Positions 31,590 to 42,181 are shown, counted from the first letter of the stretch. The stretch: 64,000 nt of DNA from Thermodesulfobacteriota bacterium (GCA_965202785.1 OZ241855.1:704001-768000), one strand, 5' to 3'. Notes: generated from the sequence alone by a model not told the origin. Program-made: numbers and translations.

Positions 31590-31882
31590 TTTCTCCCACA
31601 AAACCATAAACTGCAAGCCTTGATGTTTTTCCGCTACTACTTCTGATTCTTTGTAAGTTTTAAAGCCTTTTTAGTAGCCGTAGTCGTAGTTGCTGTGAAA
31701 AAGGTGAAATCAGTGAAATTGCCCTAAACATCTAGGTTTTTCGGCTCGGGGCGTGTTTATAACTTTTCTTTTTCCCAACAGATATTCACATCTCCCTCTT
31801 TTGTTCGTTCCACGCCTGTGGGGAAACAAGGATTCTTGCACAGTGTTTTCAGTTTTCTCTGACAGGCTGTTTCTTGGCTGGT
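31590..31882. other. Probable replication origin oriC
   Basis: dnaA-dnaN intergenic; DnaA-box-like TTTTTCACA (minus, 31694-31702) abutting DnaA-trio array (TAG TAG CCG TAG TCG TAG TTG, 31672-31692) and AT-rich stretch; more degenerate boxes at 31754, 31772, 31782, 31817. Confidence 0.8.
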
Positions 31883-33304
31883 TCAGGATGTGATGAACTT
31901 CTCGAGGGTGGTTGAGATCGCCGTGACGGCGTTTGAGACCGAGGGATCCCGTCCGATCTTCTTTTCAACGTTCTTCACTGCGTGGACTACCGTGGAGTGG
32001 TTTTTCCCGCCGAAGCGGTTCCCTATTTCCGGGAACGATGAAGACGTGTATTTTCTCGAAAGGAACATCGCTATCTGTCTGGGTTCTGAGACTTTTTTCT
32101 GCTTCTGGTTGGATTTCAGGTCCTTTACGGTGAGGTCAAAGAAGGAACCTACCTCTTTCTGGATGAGATCTATGGTTATTATCTTGGGGGTCTCTTTTTT
32201 CACCAGGTTGCTGAGAAGCTGTTTTGCCAGTTCTAGGGTTATCCTCTCTCTGAACATCTTGGAGTAGGCAAACAGCTTGTTCACCGAGCCTTCAAGTTCC
32301 CTTATGTTGGAGAGGACGTTCTGGGCCACGAAGGAGGCCACGTCGGCCGGGATCTCGATTTTCTCCTCCTCGGCCTTTTTCTCTATGATGGCTATCTTGG
32401 TTTCCACTTCCGGTGGCTGTATGTCGGCTGTCAGTCCCCACTCGAACCTGGATTTCAGGCGCTCCTCGAAATTCTTCATCACGCTCGGAGGCTTGTCGCT
32501 TGTTATAACTATCTGCTTCTTCGCGGTGTAGAGGGAATTGAACGTGTGGAAGAACTCTTCCTGTGTGCTGTCTTTGCCGGCGATGAACTGTATGTCGTCT
32601 ATTAGCAGGACGTCGCAGTTCAGCCTGTACAGGTTCCTGAACTTGTCCATTGAGCCCGTTTTTATGCTTTGCACCACCCCGTTTGTAAAGTGCTCGGCCG
32701 AGATGCAGAAGGTATTCAGACGGGTTCCGTTCTTTTTGAGTATGTGGTTCCCTATGGAGTGGAGGAGGTGGGTTTTCCCGAGACCCACTCCGCTGTGTAT
32801 GAAAAGCGGGTTGTAGGCCATTCCCGGGTTCTCCGCTATGGCGTATGAGGCTGCGTGGGCGAACTGGTTGCTCGGCCCGACGATAAAGTTGTCAAACGTG
32901 TTGGATGAACTGAAAAAGCTCGCTGTCTGGGGGTCGTGTGATTCCGTGCTTCTATGGTTCTCCGGGGCGCTGTTTTTTTTGGTTTCCTTGGACAAGGAAT
33001 TTTCCTCGCCCACGTCTATGATTACTTCAAAACCGTCTTTTCCGTAGAGATTGCGCGCAGTGTCGTTTATCAGTTGCAGGTAGTGGTTTTTCACCCACAG
33101 GGCCTGGAAGTGGGTTTTCGCTTCAAGCGTGACGATTTTTCCCTCGGTCTTCGCGACTTTTATGGAGAAAAGCCAGGAAGGGGGAAAATAAAGGTCTTGC
33201 TTGACGCCGTCTAGAACTGCATCCCAGTCAAACTCTGTTTTTTGTTCCGATTTGTAGTTTTCAGCAGCTAGGTTGTCGTGCGCAACTTCCTCTGTTTTTT
33301 TCAA
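31883..33304 (-). CDS. dnaA: Chromosomal replication initiator DnaA
   Basis: YNPLFIHSGVGLGKTHL, DDIQF, NIRELEG, FGGKNHSTV. Confidence 0.98.
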   Translation of the reverse strand: MKKTEEVAHDNLAAENYKSEQKTEFDWDAVLDGVKQDLYFPPSWLFSIKVAKTEGKIVTLEAKTHFQALWVKNHYLQLINDTARNLYGKDGFEVIIDVGEENSLSKETKKNSAPENHRSTESHDPQTASFFSSSNTFDNFIVGPSNQFAHAASYAIAENPGMAYNPLFIHSGVGLGKTHLLHSIGNHILKKNGTRLNTFCISAEHFTNGVVQSIKTGSMDKFRNLYRLNCDVLLIDDIQFIAGKDSTQEEFFHTFNSLYTAKKQIVITSDKPPSVMKNFEERLKSRFEWGLTADIQPPEVETKIAIIEKKAEEEKIEIPADVASFVAQNVLSNIRELEGSVNKLFAYSKMFRERITLELAKQLLSNLVKKETPKIITIDLIQKEVGSFFDLTVKDLKSNQKQKKVSEPRQIAMFLSRKYTSSSFPEIGNRFGGKNHSTVVHAVKNVEKKIGRDPSVSNAVTAISTTLEKFITS

Positions 33305-33546
33305 CAGCTCTTCTCCTGAAAAGCAAAAAACAACCTTAAAACGGATATTTCAGAAAAAATCCCGACCCACCCTCGGAAAGCGGAAATTAAGTCTAATTGC
33401 ATCGGTTTTTGGTGTCAAGAAAAAACGGTTCTCCGCCCTCCTGAAATCCCCGTTTTCACGCCTGTGGACGGGGAGAAAAAATTTTTCTCGGACGCGGCGG
33501 CTCAATTGACACGCAACTGCCTTTACAATACAATTTCTAACTGCAA

Positions 33547-34524
33547 ATGGGTGAAGAAGACGCCTTGAGATTTTTGGCCGACAGGTTCAAGGCTACTCAA
33601 AAAGAAGTTTTGACGGGGATAGGGGACGATTCCGCTGTTGTAAAAATCAGAGACAAAGCATGCCTTGTCGTCTCGACAGACACTCTGGTCGAAGGCGTTC
33701 ACTTCCGCCTGGGAACCCAGACCCCGAGGCAGCTCGGCAGGAAGGCGGTCTGCGTCGCCGTAAGCGACATAGGGGCAATGGGGGCGGTGCCGAGGTACCT
33801 TCTCTGCTCCCTCGGCTGTCGGAGCGAGGACTCAATGGAGTTCATAGAGGATCTCTCGGAAGGAATCGGAGAGGGTTGCCGGGAGTTTGATGTTTGCCTT
33901 ATAGGGGGGAATCTCTCGGAATCCCAGACCGTTTTCATAAATATGACGGCGCTTGGGGAGGTGTCGGGGGATGATATCGTGCTTCGCTCGGGCGCTTCTG
34001 AAGGAGACGACATATATGTGACCGGAACCCTGGGGGATTCCGCCTTGGGCCTGAGGGTCCTGTCGGGTGATTGCGGGATTGACGGATGCGAGGACGCTGT
34101 TTCAAGACACATCGGGCCCACGCCGCGTCTCCAGATTGGCAAGATGGTCGCAGAACGCGGGATAGCCTCTTCGATGATAGACATAAGCGACGGGCTTTTC
34201 TGCGACCTTGAGAAGCTGACTTCCGAGCACGGACTGGGGGCCGATGTAAGCCTCGGGAATCTTCCGCTTTCCCCCGGTTTTCTTTCCCTCTGCGGCAGGT
34301 TCTCAGAGGACGGCTACCGCCTCGCGCTCTCCGGGGGGGAGGACTACGAGCTTCTTTTCACCTCTTCTGCGCGGAACCGCGCCTCGATAGAGGAGGTTTC
34401 ACGCCTCTGCGGGATTGCTATCTCGAAAATCGGTTCTGTTACCGCCGGGCGGAAAATAAGGTTTTTTGACGAGGAAGGAAAGGAAGTTTTTTACGATATC
34501 GCTGGGTTTGAGCACTTCTGCTGA
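33547..34524 (+). CDS. thiL: Thiamine-monophosphate kinase
   Basis: GIGDDSA, SDIGAMG, DISDG, GGEDYELLF. Confidence 0.95.
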   Translation: MGEEDALRFLADRFKATQKEVLTGIGDDSAVVKIRDKACLVVSTDTLVEGVHFRLGTQTPRQLGRKAVCVAVSDIGAMGAVPRYLLCSLGCRSEDSMEFIEDLSEGIGEGCREFDVCLIGGNLSESQTVFINMTALGEVSGDDIVLRSGASEGDDIYVTGTLGDSALGLRVLSGDCGIDGCEDAVSRHIGPTPRLQIGKMVAERGIASSMIDISDGLFCDLEKLTSEHGLGADVSLGNLPLSPGFLSLCGRFSEDGYRLALSGGEDYELLFTSSARNRASIEEVSRLCGIAISKIGSVTAGRKIRFFDEEGKEVFYDIAGFEHFC

Positions 34525-34547
34525 TTCACCCACGGGGGTAATATTTT

Positions 34548-35888
34548 TTGGGCGAAAATTTCATTCTGATTCTTTTGTTGCTGTGCTGCTCTGCGTTTTT
34601 CTGCTTCAGCGAGGGGGCGCTTTTCTCCCTCAGCCGTCCGCAGAGGGAAAGCATATCGAAGCAGGGAGGCAGGGTTTCTGCGGCCATAGAAAAGCTCCTT
34701 GCCAATTCCCACAAGCTCATCTCCACGGTTCTTCTTGCCGACGAGATATTCAACATAGCCTACTCAAGCGTAATAGGTCTTACGGCGAGAAAATATCTCC
34801 AGGATAGCCCCGAGCAGACAGTAGCCCTCGTATCCCTGGCCATAGCCTCTCCCACGCTCCTTGTGTTCGGTGAGATCGTTCCCAAGACCGCCGGGGTGAA
34901 ATTCCCGAGGACAATCTCCAAGGCGGTCGCTCTTCCCCTTTATTTCTTCCACGTCGCGGTCACCCCGATCAGGTGGGCGATACTGTTTGTCTCCGGTTTT
35001 TTCATAAGGGCCTTCGGGGCGGACCTGGGACACCGCGCGCAGGGAAACGACATTTCCTCTGACGAGCTTGAGATCCTGGTGGGGATGGGGAGGGACGAGG
35101 GAGTGCTCAACGAGGTGGAAAAATACCTTGCCGACGGCTTTTTCAGGCTTGAGGATCTGCCTGCCCACAGGATAATGACTCCCGCTATAGACTGCTTCAC
35201 GCTTCCCCACGATATTGAGGTGAGAGACGCCGTCGGCCGGGTCCGCCAGATGGGTCGCTCCCGGATCCCGGTTTACGAGGAGGAGAAGGACAACATAGCG
35301 GGCGTTCTCTACGGCAAGGATCTTCTGAAGTGGAATTTTACCGAGCACAACCTTGCGGCCACCGTGAGCGAGTGCCTCAGGAAGCCGTATTTCATCCCCC
35401 GCTCCAAGCCCGCGGTGGCGCTTCTGCGGGAGTTCCAGATGCGCAGGATTCACATAGCGATAGTGGTCGACGAGTATGGAAGATTCGACGGGCTGGTGAC
35501 CATGGAAGACATACTGGAGGAGCTTTTCGGGGAGATAGAGGATGAAAGGTCGGTGCCCAGCAGGATTACGCCCGCGGTCCGCGGGGGAGCAATCACGATT
35601 CCCGGGGGAATGAAGATAGAGGAATTCAACGACGACTATCTTTTCTCGGTCGCGCGCTCTGCGGGGCTTGAGAACCTGGGGGACATACTGGAGGAGGCCG
35701 TGATCCCGCTTCGGATGGAAAACGAGACTATGGGCGGTTTTGTGTTCGATCTTTTCGGGAGGCTGCCCGCCGAGGGGGAGAAAATAGGGTTCGGGGGGCT
35801 GGTTTTCACGGTAAAGGGAAGGGAAGGGAAAAGGATTTCTGAGATAAGGGTTGACGTTAATAAGGAGGCGCGCGGCGATGTCCATTGA
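34548..35888 (+). CDS. CNNM/CBS/CorC hemolysin-family protein
   Basis: SEGALFSL, FGEIVPK, SRIPVY, VVDEYG. Confidence 0.9.
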   Translation: MGENFILILLLLCCSAFFCFSEGALFSLSRPQRESISKQGGRVSAAIEKLLANSHKLISTVLLADEIFNIAYSSVIGLTARKYLQDSPEQTVALVSLAIASPTLLVFGEIVPKTAGVKFPRTISKAVALPLYFFHVAVTPIRWAILFVSGFFIRAFGADLGHRAQGNDISSDELEILVGMGRDEGVLNEVEKYLADGFFRLEDLPAHRIMTPAIDCFTLPHDIEVRDAVGRVRQMGRSRIPVYEEEKDNIAGVLYGKDLLKWNFTEHNLAATVSECLRKPYFIPRSKPAVALLREFQMRRIHIAIVVDEYGRFDGLVTMEDILEELFGEIEDERSVPSRITPAVRGGAITIPGGMKIEEFNDDYLFSVARSAGLENLGDILEEAVIPLRMENETMGGFVFDLFGRLPAEGEKIGFGGLVFTVKGREGKRISEIRVDVNKEARGDVH

Positions 35889-37104
35889 GTTAGTGGTTCT
35901 TCTTATTTTGCTGTTTCTGATTCTGCAGGCATTTTTCGCCGGTTCGGAAATAGCCCTCATCTCCTGCGACAAAATAAAGATGAGATCCCTTGCCGAGGAA
36001 GGCTCCGCCGCCGCGGGGCTGGTTCTTGACGCCTACTCGAAGATCGAAAGCTTCATCGGCACCACCCTTATAGGGGTTAACCTTTCGCTCATAATAAACA
36101 CCTTGGTGCTCACCTTTTATTTCGAGGAGAGCTTCGGGCAGCGAAGCGGTCTCTACACGGTGGCCGTGCTCTCCCCGCTCATCGTCGTTTTCGGCCAGGT
36201 GGTTCCCAAGGCGGTGTTCGAGAGCAAGCGAAACTCCATAGTGCTCTGGATCATCTACCCGCTCTGGGTTTTCTCCAAGCTTTTTTACCCGGTGCTTTTC
36301 TTCGTCAATCTCTTTACCCGGGGCATCTTGAGCCGCCCGGGTAAAAATATGAGCTCCATAACCCGTGAGGAGCTTGAGGACGTGATGGAGGAAGACGAGG
36401 ACAAGCCGAGCTCGGACTACAAAAGAAGGGTTCTTCGCAGGATTTTCGGCTACTCCGAGACCACGGTCGGGGAGATAATGATCCCGCTTGTCAAGGTGGA
36501 CGCGCTTGAAAGAAGGTCCACGCTTCGCGACGTCAGGGGGCTCATAGCGGAAAAAAGCCATTCGAGAATTCCGATTTTCAGTGACCGGGTCGACAACATA
36601 ACCGGCATACTCAACTCGTTTTACGTTCTCGGTGAGCAGGACCTTGACAAGAGCGTGGAGCAATATGCCCTTCCTCCCTTCTATGTTCCGGAGTCAAAGC
36701 TTGTGAACGAACTTATGGACGAGATGAAGGGAGGGCGCGCCGGAATGGCCGTTGTGGTTGACGAGTACGGGGGGTCGGTCGGAATCATAACCCTCGAAGA
36801 CATAATTGAAGAGGTGGTGGGGGAGATAGAGGATGAGTACGACACCGGCGAGACCCCATGGAGAAGGCTCGGTGCCGGGCAGTATCTCATAGACCCCACA
36901 GTCGAAATAGGGCGGCTTAACGACGGCCTCGGGCTTGCCATTCCGGAGGGCGAGGATTACGAGACGCTGGCAGGATTCCTTCTTTACACACACGGCTCGA
37001 TTCCCGACCCTGGAACCGTGATAGTTTTCGAAAGAAAAACTTTCACAGTGGTCTCTTCGACCCCGAGGATGATAAGCGAGGTTCACCTGCGGACGGGGAA
37101 ATAA
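35878..37104 (+). CDS. CNNM/CBS/CorC hemolysin-family protein (tandem paralog)
   Basis: FFAGSEIAL, HSRIP, VVDEYGG, YETLAG; ATG at 35878 after AGGAGG. Confidence 0.9.
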   Translation: MSIELVVLLILLFLILQAFFAGSEIALISCDKIKMRSLAEEGSAAAGLVLDAYSKIESFIGTTLIGVNLSLIINTLVLTFYFEESFGQRSGLYTVAVLSPLIVVFGQVVPKAVFESKRNSIVLWIIYPLWVFSKLFYPVLFFVNLFTRGILSRPGKNMSSITREELEDVMEEDEDKPSSDYKRRVLRRIFGYSETTVGEIMIPLVKVDALERRSTLRDVRGLIAEKSHSRIPIFSDRVDNITGILNSFYVLGEQDLDKSVEQYALPPFYVPESKLVNELMDEMKGGRAGMAVVVDEYGGSVGIITLEDIIEEVVGEIEDEYDTGETPWRRLGAGQYLIDPTVEIGRLNDGLGLAIPEGEDYETLAGFLLYTHGSIPDPGTVIVFERKTFTVVSSTPRMISEVHLRTGK

Positions 37105-37129
37105 CTTCCTTTGCAGGCTTCGTTATAGG

Positions 37130-37729
37130 TTAGTGGAGGGGCTGCTCCCGCAGAAGTTCCCTTGCTATCAGTTTTCTGTATGATTCAAGCGGCTGGACCC
37201 CGTGTATCCTGAGTTCTCCAAGGTAAAGGGTAGGGACGCCGAGGACTATGTTTTCCCGGGCGCTTTCCATGTTCTTTTCTATTTTCTCTGAAAAGTTTCT
37301 TTTCCGAAGAGATTCCGAGAGTTCCTCGGGACAAAGACCCGACTTCTCGCCCGCCTCTAAAACGGTTTCGAGAAGACCTATGTTCTTTCCCTCCCTGAAA
37401 TAGGCCACGTAGCAGGCCTTGTGAAACTCCATGAACCTGTTTTTCTCCTTCGCAAACTCCGCCCCCTCAAGGCAGAGCCTCGAATTGGTTACGAATCCCG
37501 GGAGCTTTATCTCCACTCCGGCCTCGGCGGCCACGTTCTCAAGGGTTTCCGAGATACGGATGGTTCTCTCCGTTTTTTTCCGTTTTTTCCCCTCGGCCGG
37601 GTATTCGGGGTGAATCTCAACGCCGAGCCACTCCGCTTCGAGACTGAACTCCCTTGCGAGATCAAGCACCCTCTCGGTTGCCAGAAAGCAGAAAGGGCAA
37701 ATGTAGTCGTAGTAGAGAAAGATCTTCAC
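37130..37729 (-). CDS. DsbA/FrnE family oxidoreductase
   Basis: YDYICPFC, GVPT; GTG start assumed (ORF open to 37843). Confidence 0.85.
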   Translation of the reverse strand: MKIFLYYDYICPFCFLATERVLDLAREFSLEAEWLGVEIHPEYPAEGKKRKKTERTIRISETLENVAAEAGVEIKLPGFVTNSRLCLEGAEFAKEKNRFMEFHKACYVAYFREGKNIGLLETVLEAGEKSGLCPEELSESLRKRNFSEKIEKNMESARENIVLGVPTLYLGELRIHGVQPLESYRKLIARELLREQPLH

Positions 37730-37883
37730 GTTCCTGTAAGAATACACGAGTGCGATTCTTTCGGAAAGAAAAGGTTTCTGTATAGGGTCAGGTCTTTCTA
37801 CCCCCAGCAGTTCGTTTCGCGCGGAACCGGTCATATTGCGCATGCAGCCCGGTTTTCACTCTGGAGAAAAGCAGTTGCGCGCA

Positions 37884-40427
37884 TCAGATCTCGAACTTTG
37901 CGGTCATAAACAACGTGCGTCCTAGGATCGAATCCAGATACAATATGTGATCCTCATCGGAATCAGGGCGGGACTGACCCTCGTTGCCGATATTCAGAAC
38001 GCCTCCCGTGAGTTCGAACCAGTTAAGGCCAAAAGCGTTTCTCCAGCTAAGTGCGATATCGTGCCCTATCCACCTTCTGAAGGTTTTGGTGTCAGTTTCA
38101 TTCCGGAAAGACGTAACTGCGTGCATGTTCCACTGCGCTGTCAGATCGTTTCGGTCTGCCCGGAGCAGAACATGAATACGGTTGCGCGGAATATCTCCGG
38201 GCTGTGTCTCTGCTCCTACGCGTCTGCCGTAATTCGTTATCCTGATCCAGTTGGCATTGAGCATGAAATTCGCTAGGTCGGTTTTCAGGTCGCTGCCGAG
38301 CCGAGCCGTAAACCCGTCCATGTCAGTCTCTCCGCTGTTGGTCAGCGGGTTGCGGATTTCTGTTAATCGACCGTCGGAACGCATCACGCTCAGTCCCGGA
38401 TACTCGCTAAGCCTCCCGCTTCTCTCTAGGCCGACGACGAACTGCGTGTTCAAAGTGGCCGGTGTTTCCTGAAGACGAAGGCGGAACCAGTCGAAGTCGG
38501 CTGAGAACGGACCCCAGCCTGCAGAGACACCGGCGCCGAAGCTTTCCGACTCGTCCGGTTCCAGTTCCGGGTTACCGTCTGTGACCACCCGCACTTGCTC
38601 TCTGGAACAATCGGGAGTCGGTGTGTCGGCGTCGCATACATACGGATAATAGACAAATTCCTCTGCATGTAGGGCTGCAAGTCCGGGCGCGCGCGCTCCC
38701 CCGCTCCATGATGCGCGCAGCGCAATATTGGGTATTACGCGGTAAAGCGTCGCTATCCTGTGTGAAAACGCTCCCCCGACATCGTCAAAATCATCGTGGC
38801 GGACGGCGAACGACACGTCCACCGCATCCCCCAAAGGCACCAGAATATCGCCGAAAGCTGAGAGGCGCCTCCGGTCACCCATCAACGACAACGAAGATCC
38901 CCCCAACACATCCTCCGCGTTAACCGGCTCACCGCGAAGATTAAAATATTCTCTGGAATTGCTTGTCTCTACTTTAGCGACCTGCAGACCGGCGCTCCAG
39001 CGAAGCTTGTTGCCCATGAACTCAAGCAGCGGGCCGTCAAGCGTCACCCCCGCCTCAAGGTGGTCATCTTTGTATTTAGACTTGCTCCGCACGCTGCTCT
39101 CGCTGATTGCTGCCTTATGCTCTTCGGCTTCGGAAAGCGGATTCTGGATGTCGTAATCTCCGCTTTCAATAGCGGCGTTTATTGCGGGTTCATTAATGAA
39201 TGTGTGGCCATCTACTCCATAGTCGTAGCGATTGTAGTGAACATAGCCGTCATATCTTATGTTGTCCTTAATGTCCCCTCGCAGCCCAAGCGTAATATCA
39301 TAATCTTTAAGGTCCGAAACCCATAGGCGGTTGCCGTGCCCCAAGAAACGGTGGCCTACCGTGATACTTTCGGGGAAATTGCTCTCGTCAAGACCCTCAA
39401 AATTTCCACTTTCAATGAGGCTGTTTCTCAGCATTTCGTCCGGCGCAAGGGAGAAAACATTTGGATCCGGCGCATACAGGAGTCTTAATTCTTCCTTGGT
39501 TACGCGTCCCTCAATATATATATCAGCCGCATCGCCTACCGGATAATTGAAATTCATAAACGCGCTGTCATTCTGCCGACGTAGCATGTGCCAGGCGATG
39601 TCCGCATAGGCAAACCCGCAGACGGTGCCGAAAAATCCGCCCGGGGGATCCGTGAGTTCTCCCGTATACACGCTTTCATCGCAGTCGCCTAGCGGCCCCG
39701 AGACCCGTCCTCCGTCGTCTTTTACTAGGAAAACCGTGTTGCCGAGAGACGACACTCCTTCGGTGTCGGCGAAGGAACTTCCGGCTTGATATCTGGCACG
39801 GCTGTAATCTCGGTCGACGTCGCGTACCTCGTCCCGCCGGAAGATATCCGCCCCGACAGTAAGATTTCCCTCCCCGACGCTTGTGCCCCAGAGAACGCTT
39901 AAGTGTTCGGAATCGCCGCCCTCACCGCGGGGGCGCCCGGCATTTAGCTGGATATCAAGGCCTTCATAGTTTTTCTTGAGAACAATATTTATGGTGCCGC
40001 CGATCGCTTTCCCGCCATGCAGAGCACTCGTGCTGTCACTGAAGATTTCAATGCGTTCGACAGCCGCGACCGGAATGGAGTCCGTGTCAACCCCTAAGTC
40101 TGAGACCCGCCGCCCGTTAATCAGGATCAGGGTACGGCCTACTCCAAGAACGAGCGGCCTTTCGAGGCCGAAATTGTTAAAAGCCGACCGACCCAACAGG
40201 TCAGTTATCCTTTTTACGCCTGAGAGCTCAATGTCCCGCCGGGTGATAACTTTCACGTGGTGCAGGCTGCCGGATATCGCTTCGGAATACGGCCGGTTAC
40301 CGACAGGGCTCTCTTCCTTTGCGCTTGCATCCCAGGCCATGGAGTGGCCCGTCGCCAGGACAAGCAGTGCGAGAATAATATTCCAGGGTGCAACTTGGTT
40401 GATTGCCTCATAAAATTTACGAATCAT
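37884..40427 (-). CDS. TonB-dependent receptor
   Basis: Plug motifs (TLILINGRR, IPVAAVERIE, GGTINIV), GNPELEPDES, C-terminal beta strand. Confidence 0.92.
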   Translation of the reverse strand: MIRKFYEAINQVAPWNIILALLVLATGHSMAWDASAKEESPVGNRPYSEAISGSLHHVKVITRRDIELSGVKRITDLLGRSAFNNFGLERPLVLGVGRTLILINGRRVSDLGVDTDSIPVAAVERIEIFSDSTSALHGGKAIGGTINIVLKKNYEGLDIQLNAGRPRGEGGDSEHLSVLWGTSVGEGNLTVGADIFRRDEVRDVDRDYSRARYQAGSSFADTEGVSSLGNTVFLVKDDGGRVSGPLGDCDESVYTGELTDPPGGFFGTVCGFAYADIAWHMLRRQNDSAFMNFNYPVGDAADIYIEGRVTKEELRLLYAPDPNVFSLAPDEMLRNSLIESGNFEGLDESNFPESITVGHRFLGHGNRLWVSDLKDYDITLGLRGDIKDNIRYDGYVHYNRYDYGVDGHTFINEPAINAAIESGDYDIQNPLSEAEEHKAAISESSVRSKSKYKDDHLEAGVTLDGPLLEFMGNKLRWSAGLQVAKVETSNSREYFNLRGEPVNAEDVLGGSSLSLMGDRRRLSAFGDILVPLGDAVDVSFAVRHDDFDDVGGAFSHRIATLYRVIPNIALRASWSGGARAPGLAALHAEEFVYYPYVCDADTPTPDCSREQVRVVTDGNPELEPDESESFGAGVSAGWGPFSADFDWFRLRLQETPATLNTQFVVGLERSGRLSEYPGLSVMRSDGRLTEIRNPLTNSGETDMDGFTARLGSDLKTDLANFMLNANWIRITNYGRRVGAETQPGDIPRNRIHVLLRADRNDLTAQWNMHAVTSFRNETDTKTFRRWIGHDIALSWRNAFGLNWFELTGGVLNIGNEGQSRPDSDEDHILYLDSILGRTLFMTAKFEI

Positions 40428-40720
40428 TTTTTGTTACTCCTTTTTGCCGTTTGAACTTCTGGAACCCCTCCGTAACAGGGTTTCTGTACCCTTGATCAGG
40501 CATGTAAACACCCGCTCCGCTCAAATCGTCGCAAAAAACGGACTTTGTAAAACCCCGGCATTCACGAATCTAATCGAGCAGGAATCCGAATTATAAAAGT
40601 TATTTTATCCCAATTTCGTTTTTAACACCAACTAGGTATTATCACTTCGATAAAGAATTAAAATTTGCAGTTAAGCTCGAACTTGTATTTTGATCGTCAA
40701 AAAGGGAGGGATTTTAAGTC

Positions 40721-42181
40721 ATGAAAAAAGTCGCGGCACTCACTCTATTTTTCCTCTGTGTGTTCATATTAGTTTTTTCCGCTGCCCCGCCCGCTTTTGC
40801 GCATGAGATGCATAGAACAACTGCTAAACAAGCAAGTGATGCGAATATGGGGAGCGATGATCAGGAAGCCGAGAGGGCGGTGAAGGATTTCGTACTGCAC
40901 GTAAAAGAACACCGGGCGCGGGTCATGAGCGAAGACGCTCAAAGAGAATTCCGCAATGCCTTGAGAAGCAGCAACGGGGTGTGGAGACAGGGCGACATGT
41001 ACGTAATTACCGTTAACAAAGCAGGCAGCGGGGAACAAACCGGTACTTCTGTTCAATCAGGCGATATCGTGTTTTTTCATGGGAAATATCCTTCCTCCGG
41101 AAGCGGATCTTTAAGACACATCCCGATTTTCCGGAACCTGATCGACATGGTGGAGAGAGCGGGTGGAGAAGCGGTCTGCGTTCAGGACCGGACAAGGCAA
41201 TACGGCAACCATATCTGCGCCGTCGAGGATTCCCAGACGATCGGATCTGGAGCCCGGAATTCTTTTATACAGATTGCCGGTTTTAATCATGAGCGGGGTA
41301 ACGTGGATTTTTCCAAGGTCGAGTGTCCTGATTTCAGCGACGGATACTTTGGCCAACTTATAACAAACCCCGATGGAGAACAGTTCACGCGCACAAGGGC
41401 TGATATGGTCCGTGACGATGCGAGTCTTGAGAGTTACGTGAAAACGGTAAACGAGCACATTGCCAGCGAGCTTAATGACGCGCAGGGAAGACCTCCGCTG
41501 GAGAGAATGATTGAGCTTATGCCCTGCTGGAGGGATGAAAATGGGCCCTGGAAATCGGGTTCCATATATTTCTTTATATTCACTTATACGGATAAGCGGT
41601 TTGCGATTTTTAACGGAAACAACCCGGGGTCTCAGGATACGGCATTCCATGTCATAGACGATAACGGTCTCAACATTGCCCGGGCCATGCTGCAAGAGCT
41701 GCACAAACAGGATGATACCCCGGGCGAGGGTTTTCTCACTTACCTTTGGGACGATCCGACTGTCGACGGTGACGAGGTGCTCTGCAGGGAGACGGGATTT
41801 GTTTCTGTTGCGTCCCCCTTGGAGGATGAAGGTGAGGGTGAAGATGAAGAGACGTTTTTCTGCGACGAGGGAGCACCTATCCCCGGTAGGGCCCCCGGCA
41901 CCTCGGTTAAGCGCGGGTACTTCATGCTGACAGGCTTCGGCATAGAAGGAGATACCGACTATATCCTCGGTTCCGGCATTTATCCGAAGCCCCAGAGGGG
42001 CGGGGGTGGAGCTGGAGGATGCGCGATTGCTTCGGGGAGCGGGAACGAGCTTGAAGTTTCGGCCTTTAATCTGTTTTTGATCGCCGTAGCGTTGTTTCTG
42101 GCGACCTCGGGGAGGAGTCGCTTGGACGAAAAGCTTCTGACCAGGGGTCTGCGGGTGCGGCGAAAAGACAGGTGCCGGTAA
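40721..42181 (+). CDS. Secreted protein with two Cache-like repeats and Gly-rich/Cys C-terminal sorting motif
   Basis: Signal peptide; duplicated NGVWRQGDMY / NGPWKSGSIY; GEGFLTYLWDDP; GGGGAGGCAIA + TM + basic tail. Confidence 0.65.
   Translation: MKKVAALTLFFLCVFILVFSAAPPAFAHEMHRTTAKQASDANMGSDDQEAERAVKDFVLHVKEHRARVMSEDAQREFRNALRSSNGVWRQGDMYVITVNKAGSGEQTGTSVQSGDIVFFHGKYPSSGSGSLRHIPIFRNLIDMVERAGGEAVCVQDRTRQYGNHICAVEDSQTIGSGARNSFIQIAGFNHERGNVDFSKVECPDFSDGYFGQLITNPDGEQFTRTRADMVRDDASLESYVKTVNEHIASELNDAQGRPPLERMIELMPCWRDENGPWKSGSIYFFIFTYTDKRFAIFNGNNPGSQDTAFHVIDDNGLNIARAMLQELHKQDDTPGEGFLTYLWDDPTVDGDEVLCRETGFVSVASPLEDEGEGEDEETFFCDEGAPIPGRAPGTSVKRGYFMLTGFGIEGDTDYILGSGIYPKPQRGGGGAGGCAIASGSGNELEVSAFNLFLIAVALFLATSGRSRLDEKLLTRGLRVRRKDRCR

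Noticed and set aside
31489-31599. N-terminal extensions in the ORF track (dnaN; likewise mutS, leuA, SDR, mobile mystery protein A)
   Set aside because: Family homology begins at downstream starts; the extensions run through promoter, oriC or tRNA sequence.
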